IMG/VR virus record: IMGVR_UViG_3300024038_000010
Location: 1 to 38,654 of that record
Origin: a virus
Taxonomy: Duplodnaviria > Caudoviricetes
Reading direction: 5' to 3' (one strand)
Length of the DNA stretch: 38,654 bases
The position numbers were made by a program, and so were the translations under genes. Numbering within the stretch: position 1 is the first letter of the stretch; each line of letters begins with the position of its first letter. This document shows, piece by piece, positions 23,887-33,012 of this stretch. A model generated the notes under the pieces. The model did not search any database. It had not been told where the DNA came from and saw only the letters and a list, made by a program, of their open reading frames with translations.

Positions 23887-24646
23887 CCCTGAACTGTTCG
23901 GCCAAGCCATGGGCGACGCGATCATCAAGGCCGTGCAGCCACTTAAAGACGAGATTGCGCGTTTGAAAGCCCAGCTTGCCGAATTGCCGCAACCCATAGC
24001 CGGGAAAGACGGCGTTGACGGCCGTGACGGTAAGGATTGCGACATGGAGGTCGTCAAGCAGATGATTGCGGACGCCGTGAACTCCATCCCGGTCGTGCAT
24101 GGCAAGGATGGGGCTGATGGGAAGGACGGCGAACCCGGTGCCAAAGGCGAAGACGGCCAGAAGGGCGCGGACGGCGTTGGGATGGCCGGAGCCATGATCG
24201 ACCGTGATGGCGCATTGCTCCTCACGATGACCAATGGCGAGGTCAAGAATCTTGGCCCGGTGGTTGGATCGAACGGTCGTGACGGCCGTGACGGAAAGAA
24301 TGGGGCGGACGGAATAGGCCTGGACGCCTTCGAGATGGAATACCTGGATGAAACGCACGAAGTGCGGATCAAAGCGTCTTGCGCTGGCCGAGTGAAAGAG
24401 GTCCGCTATCCTGCGGGCGGCATCCGGCCAGGCGGCTACTGGCGCGATGGCACCAAGGCCAAGGCTGGTGAGGCTTGGGTCCATGACGGATCGCTTTGGA
24501 TCGCAAAGAAGGACACCCCGGCCAAGCCCGAATCCGCGGGTGATGATTGGGTGATCGCTGCTCGCAAGGGGCGGGATGGTGAGCGCGGCCCGAAAGGCAA
24601 GGACGCTACTCCTGAAGCCCCGATCAAACTGAAGGGCCAAGCATGA
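23876..24646 (+). CDS. Collagen-like (Gly-X-Y) head-associated protein
   Basis: GKDGVDGRDGKD, GKDGADGKDGEPGAKGEDGQKGADG and GRDGERGPKGKD runs. Confidence 0.85.
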   Translation: MSFDPELFGQAMGDAIIKAVQPLKDEIARLKAQLAELPQPIAGKDGVDGRDGKDCDMEVVKQMIADAVNSIPVVHGKDGADGKDGEPGAKGEDGQKGADGVGMAGAMIDRDGALLLTMTNGEVKNLGPVVGSNGRDGRDGKNGADGIGLDAFEMEYLDETHEVRIKASCAGRVKEVRYPAGGIRPGGYWRDGTKAKAGEAWVHDGSLWIAKKDTPAKPESAGDDWVIAARKGRDGERGPKGKDATPEAPIKLKGQA

Positions 24647-25017
24647 ACCTCGTAAGCGTCGAGGAAGCTCGCATGCACCTTCGGGTTGACTCGCTGGACG
24701 ACGATCCGTGGTTTGCAACGTGGATCCCGGCCGTCGAGAACGCTGTTTTCACATGGCTGAAGGAGTCATGGCGCGCCTATGAGGCATCGGGCGACGTCGA
24801 TAGTGCGGGTGATCCTATCCCTGCTGAGGATTCGAATGGAGACCCGATCCCAAAGTATGCGGTGAAGGCCGCCATCTTGGTTGAACTGGCCCAGCAGTAC
24901 CGGTTTCGCGATGGGTCAGATGCAGGTGCTGTGCCCGCCCATTGGGGCCACGGCTACGTCCTCGGAGCGGGTGCGACCAGTCTCCTGTCGGGTCTGCGAA
25001 AGAGTACGGTTCGATGA
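24643..25017 (+). CDS. Head-tail connector (HK97 gp6-like)
   Basis: LVSVEEARMHLRVD...AVKAAILV...YRFR. Confidence 0.85.
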   Translation: MNLVSVEEARMHLRVDSLDDDPWFATWIPAVENAVFTWLKESWRAYEASGDVDSAGDPIPAEDSNGDPIPKYAVKAAILVELAQQYRFRDGSDAGAVPAHWGHGYVLGAGATSLLSGLRKSTVR

Positions 25018-25349
25018 GTCTGGAAGCTGGCCGCCTGCGTCACCGAGTATCGATTGAGCGCATTTCGCACGTGCAAGACGCGACAACCGGGGCGGTGGTG
25101 GAGACGTGGGCGGAAATCGCAAAGGTGTGGGCTGCCGTTGAACCGCTGTCGGCCAGGGAATTTGTCCAGTCGGCTGCGGGACAGTCTGAGGTGACGGCCC
25201 GCATCACTATCCGCACCCGCGACATCCTGGCCACTGATCGCATCATCTATCGTGGAACGGTCTACAACATCCGCGGCGTGCTTGCGGACAAGGATAGCGG
25301 GCTGGAGTACATCACCCTTCCGGTCGGAGCCGGGCTTAACGAGGGCTGA
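25014..25349 (+). CDS. Head closure/head-tail adaptor protein
   Basis: AGRLRHRVSI...W....VWAAVEPLSAREF...RITIR...YNI. Confidence 0.9.
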   Translation: MSLEAGRLRHRVSIERISHVQDATTGAVVETWAEIAKVWAAVEPLSAREFVQSAAGQSEVTARITIRTRDILATDRIIYRGTVYNIRGVLADKDSGLEYITLPVGAGLNEG

Positions 25350-25350
25350 A

Positions 25351-25842
25351 TTGGAGTTTGTGTTGCTGGCGCCGGGTCCTAGCATGAGCCGCGACCTGGC
25401 GGAGTCCATGCGCGGTCAGCGAGTCGGCGTGGTCAGCAACGTGTTTGAACTGGCACCTTGGGCGGACTTCCTGGCGGCAAACGACCGGGCCTGGTGGCGT
25501 GCCTACCCGGAAGCGCTCAAGTTCGCTGGGCATAGGTTTTCCAGCAGTGAGTTCCCGGGTGTCGAACGATGCCGACCGGGCAATACGCAGTGGGCGAGTG
25601 GTGTTCTGGCGCTACAGGTGGCTGTGAACCTTGGGGCGAAGCGGATCCGGCTGTACGGATTCGACATGCACGGCTCGCATTACTTCGGCGACTACACGAA
25701 CGGACTGGTCAACACGAAGCCCTATCGCCGTGCTGTTCACCTGCAGCAGTTCCGAGATTGGGCTCGGACGAACCCGGGGGTCCAGGTGGTCAACTGCACG
25801 CCTGGTTCGGCGTTGGACTGCTTCCCGATGGAGGCAGTTTGA
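25351..25842 (+). CDS. Putative glycosyltransferase-like protein (Maf/DUF115/sialyltransferase-like Rossmann fold)
   Basis: LLAPGPS...V(S)N...D..WW...SGVLALQVAVNLGAKRIRLYGFDM...VVNCT; start (TTG 25351) uncertain. Confidence 0.65.
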   Translation: MEFVLLAPGPSMSRDLAESMRGQRVGVVSNVFELAPWADFLAANDRAWWRAYPEALKFAGHRFSSSEFPGVERCRPGNTQWASGVLALQVAVNLGAKRIRLYGFDMHGSHYFGDYTNGLVNTKPYRRAVHLQQFRDWARTNPGVQVVNCTPGSALDCFPMEAV

Positions 25843-26684
25843 TAGTTCGGGGGATGAAGGGGCTGGGCGACAACATCTACCAGCGCGCCTTTGTGAAGCG
25901 GTTGCAAGCCCCGGTTTACCTAGAGACACCCTGGCCGGAGCTGTACGAGGACTTGCGAGGCGTCAAGTTTGTTAAGGCCGAAACGCCGCTGCGGACGCAA
26001 TCCAAGAACATGGCCCTGCAGGATCCGGGGCGATGGGTGGCTGCACCGAGAGAGTCTGTGGTGGCGGTTCAGTACGGCACGGCTGGAATCGTGACGGGCA
26101 TGCGGCGGTGCTTCGGTGTAGCCCCCGGCGAGTTTGACTTGCCGGACTTTGGCCCGTCTCCGGTGCCCGGCCGGTACATGGTGGTGCGCCCGGCAACTGT
26201 GCGGGCTGAGTGGGTAGCGGAGGCCCGTAACCCGCTGACCATGTACATCGCTGAGGCGGCTGAGATGGCCCGAGCGGCGGGCTACCGGGTGGTGTCGGTG
26301 GCGGACCTGGAGCCTGGCAAAGAATGGGCCGTTGGGACGTTGCCGCCAGCGGACGAGGTGTACCACGCCGGGGAGTTCAGCGTCCGGCAGTTGATGGGCC
26401 TGGTGCAGCACGCCGCGGCGGTGATTGGCGGGATCGGTTGGATTCTCCCGGCCGCCATAGCAATGAAAGTTCCCGCTTGGGTGATATGCGGTGGGCAGGG
26501 CGGATTCAACGCCCCGGAACTGATTACAGACGAAAAGTACATGGACCTGAGCCGGATTCGGTTCGCGGTCCCGGACAACCTTTGCCGCTGCCGGCAGAGA
26601 CAACACAACTGCGACAAGCGAATCAAGAACCATGCAAGTGACTTTGCCGACTGGCTGCGAAGACTCCCTGATTTGGTGGCCTGA
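25839..26684 (+). CDS. Putative GT-B glycosyltransferase (GT9/heptosyltransferase-like)
   Basis: GLGDNI N-terminal motif; SVRQLMGLVQHAAAVIGGIGWILPAAIAMKVPAWVICGG resembles the GT9 C-terminal motif; TTG start overlapping the upstream stop. Confidence 0.7.
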   Translation: MIVRGMKGLGDNIYQRAFVKRLQAPVYLETPWPELYEDLRGVKFVKAETPLRTQSKNMALQDPGRWVAAPRESVVAVQYGTAGIVTGMRRCFGVAPGEFDLPDFGPSPVPGRYMVVRPATVRAEWVAEARNPLTMYIAEAAEMARAAGYRVVSVADLEPGKEWAVGTLPPADEVYHAGEFSVRQLMGLVQHAAAVIGGIGWILPAAIAMKVPAWVICGGQGGFNAPELITDEKYMDLSRIRFAVPDNLCRCRQRQHNCDKRIKNHASDFADWLRRLPDLVA

Positions 26685-27246
26685 GCGTGGGATGGGGTTC
26701 CATCCCCGGCCCGCTATGGACTACACGACCAGCTATTGGGAAGAATTCCGCCAGCGCGATGCTTCGCCTATGGGGGAACTGCTGACCGAAGCGCGCTTGG
26801 CGCTCGTTCGTCGGCACTATTCCGGCCAGGTCGTGGACATCGGGATTGGTGGCGGCCGATTCGTGGAGTACGCGGCCGCGCAGGGCTACGACGTAAATGC
26901 TGAGGCCAACGAGTGGCTGCGCCAACGCGACGCCTATTGCGACCCTTACAGTCGCCCGGTAGATGCGATCACGTGCTGGGATAGCCTGGAGCACATTCCA
27001 GACCCTGCCGCGCTGCTAGCGCAGGTGCGCGAATGGGCTTTCATCGCCATCCCGATCTTCGAAGAGGGCGATGGCGTCCCGGCCAGCCGTCACTACAAAC
27101 CGGGTGAGCATATTTGGTACTTCAGCCACCGCGGCTTGGTCGACTGGATGAAGGCGCATGGCTTTGTCTGCATGGAACACAACGACGCCGAGACTGAACT
27201 CGGCCGCGAAGGCATCCGTAGCTATGCGTTTATGAGGGTCAAGTGA
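26632..27246 (+). CDS. Class I SAM-dependent methyltransferase
   Basis: VVDIGIGGG motif I, YDVN, DAITCWDSLEHIPDP, EHIWYFS. Confidence 0.85.
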   Translation: MQVTLPTGCEDSLIWWPERGMGFHPRPAMDYTTSYWEEFRQRDASPMGELLTEARLALVRRHYSGQVVDIGIGGGRFVEYAAAQGYDVNAEANEWLRQRDAYCDPYSRPVDAITCWDSLEHIPDPAALLAQVREWAFIAIPIFEEGDGVPASRHYKPGEHIWYFSHRGLVDWMKAHGFVCMEHNDAETELGREGIRSYAFMRVK

Positions 27247-27740
27247 AAGTTGAGGTCAAGCTCTCCGGCGTCGACGGTGTTCTGGATTTGTTGAAGAGCT
27301 TGCCACCCGAAGTCGTTTCGAAGCGTGGCGGCCCGGTGAAGCTTGCGTTGGCGAAAGGTGCCCGGCTTATTCGTGACGCGGCGCGCCAGAATCTGCGTGC
27401 AGCTATCGCGCAGAACGGGGAAGAATCCACGGGGCTGCTGCTTGAGAACGTGATTTCCAGCCGAGGTAAGGCGCCAGCAGACGGTAAGGGCGAGCGTTAT
27501 TTGGTGCGAGTGCGTCGCAAGACCTACCCGGGCCGAAAGCCAGAGAAGGGTGGCGGGGTGCCCAATGTGCGGAAGTCGGCGCAGCTAATGGAGTACGGGT
27601 CGGAACACCAACCGGCGCGGCCCTGGTTGCGGCCGGCTGTGATCCAGAACGGGGAGCGCGCCATCAGCGTCATCACCGAAGACCTGAAGAAGCGTATCGA
27701 CAAGACGGTATCTGATCTGGCCAAGAAGGGGTTGAGGTAA
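27243..27740 (+). CDS. HK97 gp10-like tail-completion protein
   Basis: TGLLLENV, MEYGSEHQPARPWLRPA. Confidence 0.88.
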   Translation: MKVEVKLSGVDGVLDLLKSLPPEVVSKRGGPVKLALAKGARLIRDAARQNLRAAIAQNGEESTGLLLENVISSRGKAPADGKGERYLVRVRRKTYPGRKPEKGGGVPNVRKSAQLMEYGSEHQPARPWLRPAVIQNGERAISVITEDLKKRIDKTVSDLAKKGLR

Positions 27741-27743
27741 ACC

Positions 27744-28109
27744 ATGCTGCCCAAGGTATTCCCCGTTCTGAAGACGCCTGCAGTCCTTGCGATAGTTGGC
27801 GGCGACACAGTGAGGATCTTCCGACATGGTGCCGCCCCGCAGGCTACGGACAGGCCCTACGTCACATGGTTTGAGGTCAGCGGCCAACCTTACGACCAGA
27901 TAAGCGGTCTTCCTTGCGGTGACTTTGACAGCGTGCAGATTGACTGCTGGTCGATGGATGACGCACAGGTTGACGCGCTGGCGACCGCCGTTCGTGACGC
28001 GGTGGATGCCGCGGGATTCGCGAACCGGTTGATCATCAATCAGCGCGACCCTGATACCAAGCTGTACCGGATCGGCCTCCAGGCCGACTTCATCAACACC
28101 AGTCGTTAA
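27744..28109 (+). CDS. Tail terminator (DUF3168-like)
   Basis: APQATDRPYVTW..VSG, VQIDCWS, LYRIGL. Confidence 0.85.
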   Translation: MLPKVFPVLKTPAVLAIVGGDTVRIFRHGAAPQATDRPYVTWFEVSGQPYDQISGLPCGDFDSVQIDCWSMDDAQVDALATAVRDAVDAAGFANRLIINQRDPDTKLYRIGLQADFINTSR

Positions 28110-28127
28110 TCCTACCTACTTTCACAT

Positions 28128-28155
28128 AGCCCGCCCTGAGCGGGCTTTTTGTTTT
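28128..28155 (+). terminator. Rho-independent terminator before the tail tube gene
   Basis: AGCCCGC-CCTGA-GCGGGCT followed by TTTTGTTTT. Confidence 0.8.
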
Positions 28156-28165
28156 GGAGCCAGCA

Positions 28166-28648
28166 ATGAGCAATGGAAGCGTAAAAAGCCAAGGCACCGC
28201 CCTCTACCTGCGTATGGTGGACTCTGGCGGCGCTACCCTCGTCTTGATGGAATGCCCGACCGGCATCAGCGGCCTAGGCGGCCCTGCCGATCAGATCGAC
28301 GACACCTGCCTGAGCGAGACCGTGGACCGCAGCTTTGTCCGCGGACTTGGCAACCCCGGCCAGGTCTCGGTGCCGTTCATCTTGAAGCCTATGGCTGTCA
28401 GCCATCAGGAACTTTTCGCTCTGAAGGACGAAGGCGAGACGCTGGAATGGATCGCCTGCCTGTCTGACGGCACTGCTGCGCCGACGCTCAACTCGGCAGA
28501 TAGCATCCAGCCGCCTGTCGACCGCACATCCTTCATGTTCTACGCCTATATCGCAGACGTGAACATCGACATCGCTTCGAACGACGTCGTGAAGGGCACC
28601 CTGACGCTGCAGCGTTCGGGCCGCGTTATTCCGACCTGGAAGGCATAA
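28166..28648 (+). CDS. Major tail tube protein
   Basis: SQGTALY, GLGGPADQIDDTCL, GLGNPG, LTLQRSG; position before the chaperones. Confidence 0.88.
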   Translation: MSNGSVKSQGTALYLRMVDSGGATLVLMECPTGISGLGGPADQIDDTCLSETVDRSFVRGLGNPGQVSVPFILKPMAVSHQELFALKDEGETLEWIACLSDGTAAPTLNSADSIQPPVDRTSFMFYAYIADVNIDIASNDVVKGTLTLQRSGRVIPTWKA

Positions 28649-28650
28649 GC

Positions 28651-28980
28651 ATGCTCGATTCATCCTTCTTTATATCTGGCGGGGTGCAACCCCGAGATGT
28701 GGAGCTGTCCGATGGGAAGAAGCACAGGCTTTACTTCAAGGAATATTCCGGTGCGGCCTTCACTCAGTATGCCCTAGCGATTCGGTCCAAGGATCTCAAG
28801 GAAAAGGCCGTTGGCATGGCGATCTTGATTGCAGCCAGTCTCTGCGAGGCGGACGGCTCGGCGGCGATCACTTTCGAACGTGCCTGCGAACTCAAGCCTG
28901 AAGTCATGCAGGCGATCTTCGCCAAGGTGATGGAGGTGAACGGCGTCAAGAAAGAGGGCGAAGGCGAAAAAAACGCATAG
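28651..28980 (+). CDS. Tail assembly chaperone G
   Basis: Between tube and tape measure genes; ends in a slippery sequence. Confidence 0.85.
   Translation: MLDSSFFISGGVQPRDVELSDGKKHRLYFKEYSGAAFTQYALAIRSKDLKEKAVGMAILIAASLCEADGSAAITFERACELKPEVMQAIFAKVMEVNGVKKEGEGEKNA
28968..28974 (+). other. Programmed -1 frameshift site (A AAA AAC)
   Basis: X XXY YYZ heptamer in the correct frame; the -1 frame (KRIEAGSDEWMWF...) is open into ORF 29001..29282. Confidence 0.88.
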
Positions 28981-29000
28981 AGGCCGGTAGTGATGAGTGG

Positions 29001-29282
29001 ATGTGGTTCACGCTGGCTCTCAGCCTAGGCGGACGCACTGTCGAAGAGCTGCAGCACGCCATGAAACAAGTGGAGTTCGAACGGTGGCGCGATTTCTATG
29101 AGCGCTTCCCCTTTGATCCGACACACATCTACTACCGGCCAGCGGCGTTGATTTCTGGGTCCATGGCGGGCGGGAAGTTCGATGAAAAGCTCGATTGGCT
29201 ACGCCGCCCGCTCGTGGAGGACTCCACTGATGCGGACCTTAGAACGATGAAGACTTTCGGCTTCGGCCCAGGAGACAGGTAA
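29001..29282 (+). CDS. Tail assembly chaperone T segment (expressed as G-T fusion)
   Basis: LALSLGGRTVEEL...EFERW..FY...PF; reached by -1 frameshift. Confidence 0.82.
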   Translation: MWFTLALSLGGRTVEELQHAMKQVEFERWRDFYERFPFDPTHIYYRPAALISGSMAGGKFDEKLDWLRRPLVEDSTDADLRTMKTFGFGPGDR

Positions 29283-31663
29283 TGGCTACGGCAGGAAGTA
29301 TTGTCGTCGACCTCCTGATGAAGACAGGATCGTTCGAGACAGATGCGCAGCGCGCATCTCGGGCGGCCCAGAAGAACTTCAAGGAGATTGAGCGCCAGGC
29401 TCAATCCGCGGCGGACGGCATCAATAAGGCTTTTGCAGGGCTGTTGTCTGGCGCCGTGTTCGGCATTGGCGTCGGTTCGGTCTTCAGTAAATTCATCCAA
29501 GAGACGAAGAACGCTCAGAACGAGCAGGCGCAGCTTGCAGCGGTTCTGAGGTCTACGGGCCAGGCGGCTGGATATTCGCTTGACCAACTGAACAAGATGG
29601 CTACGGGTCTTTCCAATGCCAGCGTGTTCAGCGAAGGGGATATCAATCAGGCTCAGACTCGCCTGCTTTCCTACACAGGGGTGGTTGGTGAAGAGTTCCC
29701 CCGGGCTCTACAGGCGGTCATTGATATGTCCGCCCGCCTCGGGATGTCGGTCGAACAATCGGCCGAGACTATCGGCAAGGCGCTGGATGTTCCGAGTCAG
29801 GGTCTGACTGCGCTTTCCAAGCAGGGGTTCCGCTTCACCGAGGATCAGAAGAAGCTGGTTGAACAACTGGAGAAGGCCGGCAAGACGGCCGAGGCGCAGG
29901 GGATCATTCTGGCGGCTTTGGAGTCTTCATACGGTGGTGCCGCTCAGGCTGCCAGGGACACGCTTGGCGGTGCGCTACAGGCGCTTCAGAACCAGATCGA
30001 CGATTTGATGACGGGCGACGATGGTAGCGTCAATGGGCTTACCCAAGCAGTCAACGATTTCACGGACCTTCTGGGGTCCTCCGAGACCAAGGAGACATTC
30101 GCCACCTTCACGCAATTCCTGGCTGAGGTTGCGACTGGTCTGGTTACTGTTATCAACGAATTTACCAAGGCTGCGCGAGCGGCGGATAGTTGGTTGGAGG
30201 CAATCAACGTCAAGGTCGCTGACACCATTTTTGGTGACTCGGATGCTGCCAAGGAAGTCGAGACAATTACAAAGCGGCTGAATGAGAACCGGGAAGCCGT
30301 TGAGAAGCTGCGCGCAGCGCAGGCTGCCAATCCTTCCGGCAAGTCGACGAATATGTTCGGCTTCGAGCAAAACGAGAACTATCAGCAACGTATCAATGTA
30401 ATTGAGTCTGCTATTAAGGCAGGAGAGGCACGACTCGTTTTCGCTCAAGGTAGATTGAGAAGCCAAGACAAGGCTCTTCTAGATGGTCTAACAGGGGTGG
30501 GAGAGACGGGTGGCCCGACAGAAACCCTGAATCCGATCCGTACTACTGACTCACTTCCGCCAGCAGGGCCTAAGGGGCCGCGGAATAGCGTAGACCAAGG
30601 CCAAAGGCTGATCGATCAACTAAACCAGCAGATCGCGCTGACTGGAGAGCTAACCGAGTACGAAAAGCTCCTGGAGAAGATTCGGCTGGGTTCTGTAAGT
30701 TTCAAGAGCCACGCTCAGCAGGAAGAGGCATTAGCTTCAGCTCAGACGCTAGATTTCATCAAAGAGCAGAACAAGGCGTACGAGGAATCGCAGAAGCAGG
30801 CATCGGAGCTTGCGAAGCTGATGGATAGTCTTTATCCGGAAAAGGCTAAGACAGACCAGTACATCCTACAGCTTACTCAGCTATCGAACGCTCTTGAGCA
30901 AGGTTGGATAAATGCAGATCAATTTGCCGATGCCACCGACCGGCTGAATAAGAGCTTCGAAGACGATACGGGGGAGATGGGGGAGTTCGCAAAGGAGGCG
31001 GCTCGAGGCATTCAGAATTCTCTCGGCGATGGTCTGTATCAGATCATGCAAGGAAACTTCAAGAACATTGGCAACGCCTTTCTGCAGATGCTTCAGAAGA
31101 TGGCGGCCGATGCATTGGCGGCACAGATCGCCAAGAAGCTGTTCGGGGATTTTGATTCAGGGGGCGGGTTTGGCGGAATCGTTGGATCTTTATTCAAAGG
31201 GATCTCGGCTGGATTTGGTGGTGGCATCGGCTCAGCTACGGCAGCAGATGTGGGTGCGGCGGGCGATGGGCTGATGTTCTTGGCTGAGGGCGGATATACC
31301 GGACACGGTGGAAAGTTCGATTTGGCTGGATTTGTCCACCGCGGGGAGTACGTGATTAATGCGGACGCTACCAAGCGCCTTGGAAGAGGGTTTCTCGATC
31401 GTCTGAACGGATACTCAGAAGGCGGATATGTCGGATCTGATGACAGTCCTCTTGGCCTCGGGACTGGAGGAATGAATCTGACTATTGAAACCAGGGGCGT
31501 GGACATCGAGGTGGTAGAGGCGCGCCAAAACGAGATGTACATGATTGCGCGCCAGGTGGTGGCGACTGATACGCCGTCGGTCATGCAGCGTGAGATCGCA
31601 AACCCGAGCAGCCGCTCCTCGCGCCAGCTTTCTCGAAGCACGACAGCAGAACGGCGCAGGTGA
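29282..31663 (+). CDS. Tape measure protein (793 aa)
   Basis: AGSIVVDLLMKTGSFETD start, long helical Ala/Gln-rich body, C-terminal AEGGYTG.GGK...AGFVHRGEYVI. Confidence 0.95.
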   Translation: MATAGSIVVDLLMKTGSFETDAQRASRAAQKNFKEIERQAQSAADGINKAFAGLLSGAVFGIGVGSVFSKFIQETKNAQNEQAQLAAVLRSTGQAAGYSLDQLNKMATGLSNASVFSEGDINQAQTRLLSYTGVVGEEFPRALQAVIDMSARLGMSVEQSAETIGKALDVPSQGLTALSKQGFRFTEDQKKLVEQLEKAGKTAEAQGIILAALESSYGGAAQAARDTLGGALQALQNQIDDLMTGDDGSVNGLTQAVNDFTDLLGSSETKETFATFTQFLAEVATGLVTVINEFTKAARAADSWLEAINVKVADTIFGDSDAAKEVETITKRLNENREAVEKLRAAQAANPSGKSTNMFGFEQNENYQQRINVIESAIKAGEARLVFAQGRLRSQDKALLDGLTGVGETGGPTETLNPIRTTDSLPPAGPKGPRNSVDQGQRLIDQLNQQIALTGELTEYEKLLEKIRLGSVSFKSHAQQEEALASAQTLDFIKEQNKAYEESQKQASELAKLMDSLYPEKAKTDQYILQLTQLSNALEQGWINADQFADATDRLNKSFEDDTGEMGEFAKEAARGIQNSLGDGLYQIMQGNFKNIGNAFLQMLQKMAADALAAQIAKKLFGDFDSGGGFGGIVGSLFKGISAGFGGGIGSATAADVGAAGDGLMFLAEGGYTGHGGKFDLAGFVHRGEYVINADATKRLGRGFLDRLNGYSEGGYVGSDDSPLGLGTGGMNLTIETRGVDIEVVEARQNEMYMIARQVVATDTPSVMQREIANPSSRSSRQLSRSTTAERRR

Positions 31664-31665
31664 TT

Positions 31666-32163
31666 ATGGCCGACTTTCAAAAGATGCCGTTCTGTCCTGC
31701 CCAGGCAGGGTACTCCGGCGAGTTCGGCGACGGCACCTTGCGCGTGGCGCTTGATGGTGGCTCGGGCCGCTATCGGGCGGGTGTGTCGGGGAACTCTGAC
31801 ATCGTCACCGCGACATGGGTTCTGAAGGGAGAGGAGTACTCCGCGTTCATGGGATTTGTGCGCAACCAGAAGCGCAGCGGATCCATTCCTTTCCTTATCG
31901 ATCTTCCGCTTCAGTCGCATGAGCTGGTGGAGTATGAGGCCGCATTTGTCCCGAAAAGTGTACGACTAGCGTCAAAGTCTGGAGCCGTTTTTACCGTGTC
32001 TGCCTCGCTCGAGGTTTTCTCAAAACTAGAGTTCGACGAGGCCGGCCTGGATTACTGGGCGTCGCTGGTGATGATGCTGGCAATCTACGGGAGTATTCCA
32101 GCGGCGCAGGAGATCCTTAACCTACTTGCCAAGCTTGTGAACGAGGATTTGCCGCATGCCTGA
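31666..32163 (+). CDS. Distal tail protein (putative)
   Basis: GYS...LRVALDGG.GRYR...PFLIDL; directly after the tape measure gene. Confidence 0.65.
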   Translation: MADFQKMPFCPAQAGYSGEFGDGTLRVALDGGSGRYRAGVSGNSDIVTATWVLKGEEYSAFMGFVRNQKRSGSIPFLIDLPLQSHELVEYEAAFVPKSVRLASKSGAVFTVSASLEVFSKLEFDEAGLDYWASLVMMLAIYGSIPAAQEILNLLAKLVNEDLPHA

Positions 32164-32671
32164 TCAACCTGAAGATTATGTTGATTTCTTCTTCGGGGCG
32201 CCGCAAAGCGCTGCCGAGTTGCAGACATTGGAGATTAGCCAGCCGAGCTTTTCGCAAGTATGGCGGTTGCAATCGCACTATCGGGAAGGGTTCTACGCTC
32301 GCCTTGAGACTGGTGAGCAGGTCTTTTTTCAGTACGTGCCGATGAGTCTCAAGCCGCTCGAAGAGCGTGCCAATCTTGATTTCGGCCTGACAGTGATGCT
32401 TGGAGATCTTGGCGAGATCCTTCCAGAAGAGATCCAGCGAGCTAGAGTCGCAGGGACGTTGCGCACAAATCCTCCCGTCGTGAAGTACCGCGCATATAGA
32501 ACTGACAACGTTGAGGCGCCGATGTTCGGACCAGTGACGCTAGAAGCGCGTCAGATAGCTCGCAGTGAGGACGGGGCCAAGTTCAATGCGATGGCGCCGG
32601 AAGCAAATGCCAACAAGACTGGGATCTTGTATCGCTCAGACGTCTTCCCAATGCTGCAGGGGTTCTTGTGA
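32156..32671 (+). CDS. Minor tail protein (DUF1833-like)
   Basis: LQTLEISQPSFS, VKYRAY, NKTGILY...FPML; tail-tip position. Confidence 0.7.
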   Translation: MPDQPEDYVDFFFGAPQSAAELQTLEISQPSFSQVWRLQSHYREGFYARLETGEQVFFQYVPMSLKPLEERANLDFGLTVMLGDLGEILPEEIQRARVAGTLRTNPPVVKYRAYRTDNVEAPMFGPVTLEARQIARSEDGAKFNAMAPEANANKTGILYRSDVFPMLQGFL

Positions 32672-33012
32672 GCATTGATGAGCTTCTTTCCAGAGAGTTC
32701 GACCGAAGTACCTATAACTGTCTGCATTATTCAGCCGACTGCTGGGAATTTTTAACCGGTGACGACCGCCTCAAGAAGGTTAGAGAAGATGCGATCGAGG
32801 GTCAAAGCCTGGCGCAGATTTTTCGCGAATTCAGGAAGTGTATCGAGGCCACCGTTGCGCCGTCGATTGCGTTGATGGATACGTTAGACGGAAAGACGCA
32901 TATGGGTGTCTGTTATAGGCGGCGTCTGCTTCATATCAATGAAGCTGGCTGCCAGTTTCTACCTGTTGATGCGTTCAGTTCTATGTATAAAAACATGAGG
33001 TTCTACCAGTGA
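32668..33012 (+). CDS. Tail-tip assembly protein, NlpC/P60-like
   Basis: YNCLHY...W and HMGV...LLH give a Cys-His-His arrangement. Confidence 0.65.
   Translation: MSIDELLSREFDRSTYNCLHYSADCWEFLTGDDRLKKVREDAIEGQSLAQIFREFRKCIEATVAPSIALMDTLDGKTHMGVCYRRRLLHINEAGCQFLPVDAFSSMYKNMRFYQ

Noticed and set aside
23876-24646. Eukaryote-derived collagen
   Set aside because: Short interrupted Gly-X-Y runs rich in Asp/Lys are common in phage structural proteins.
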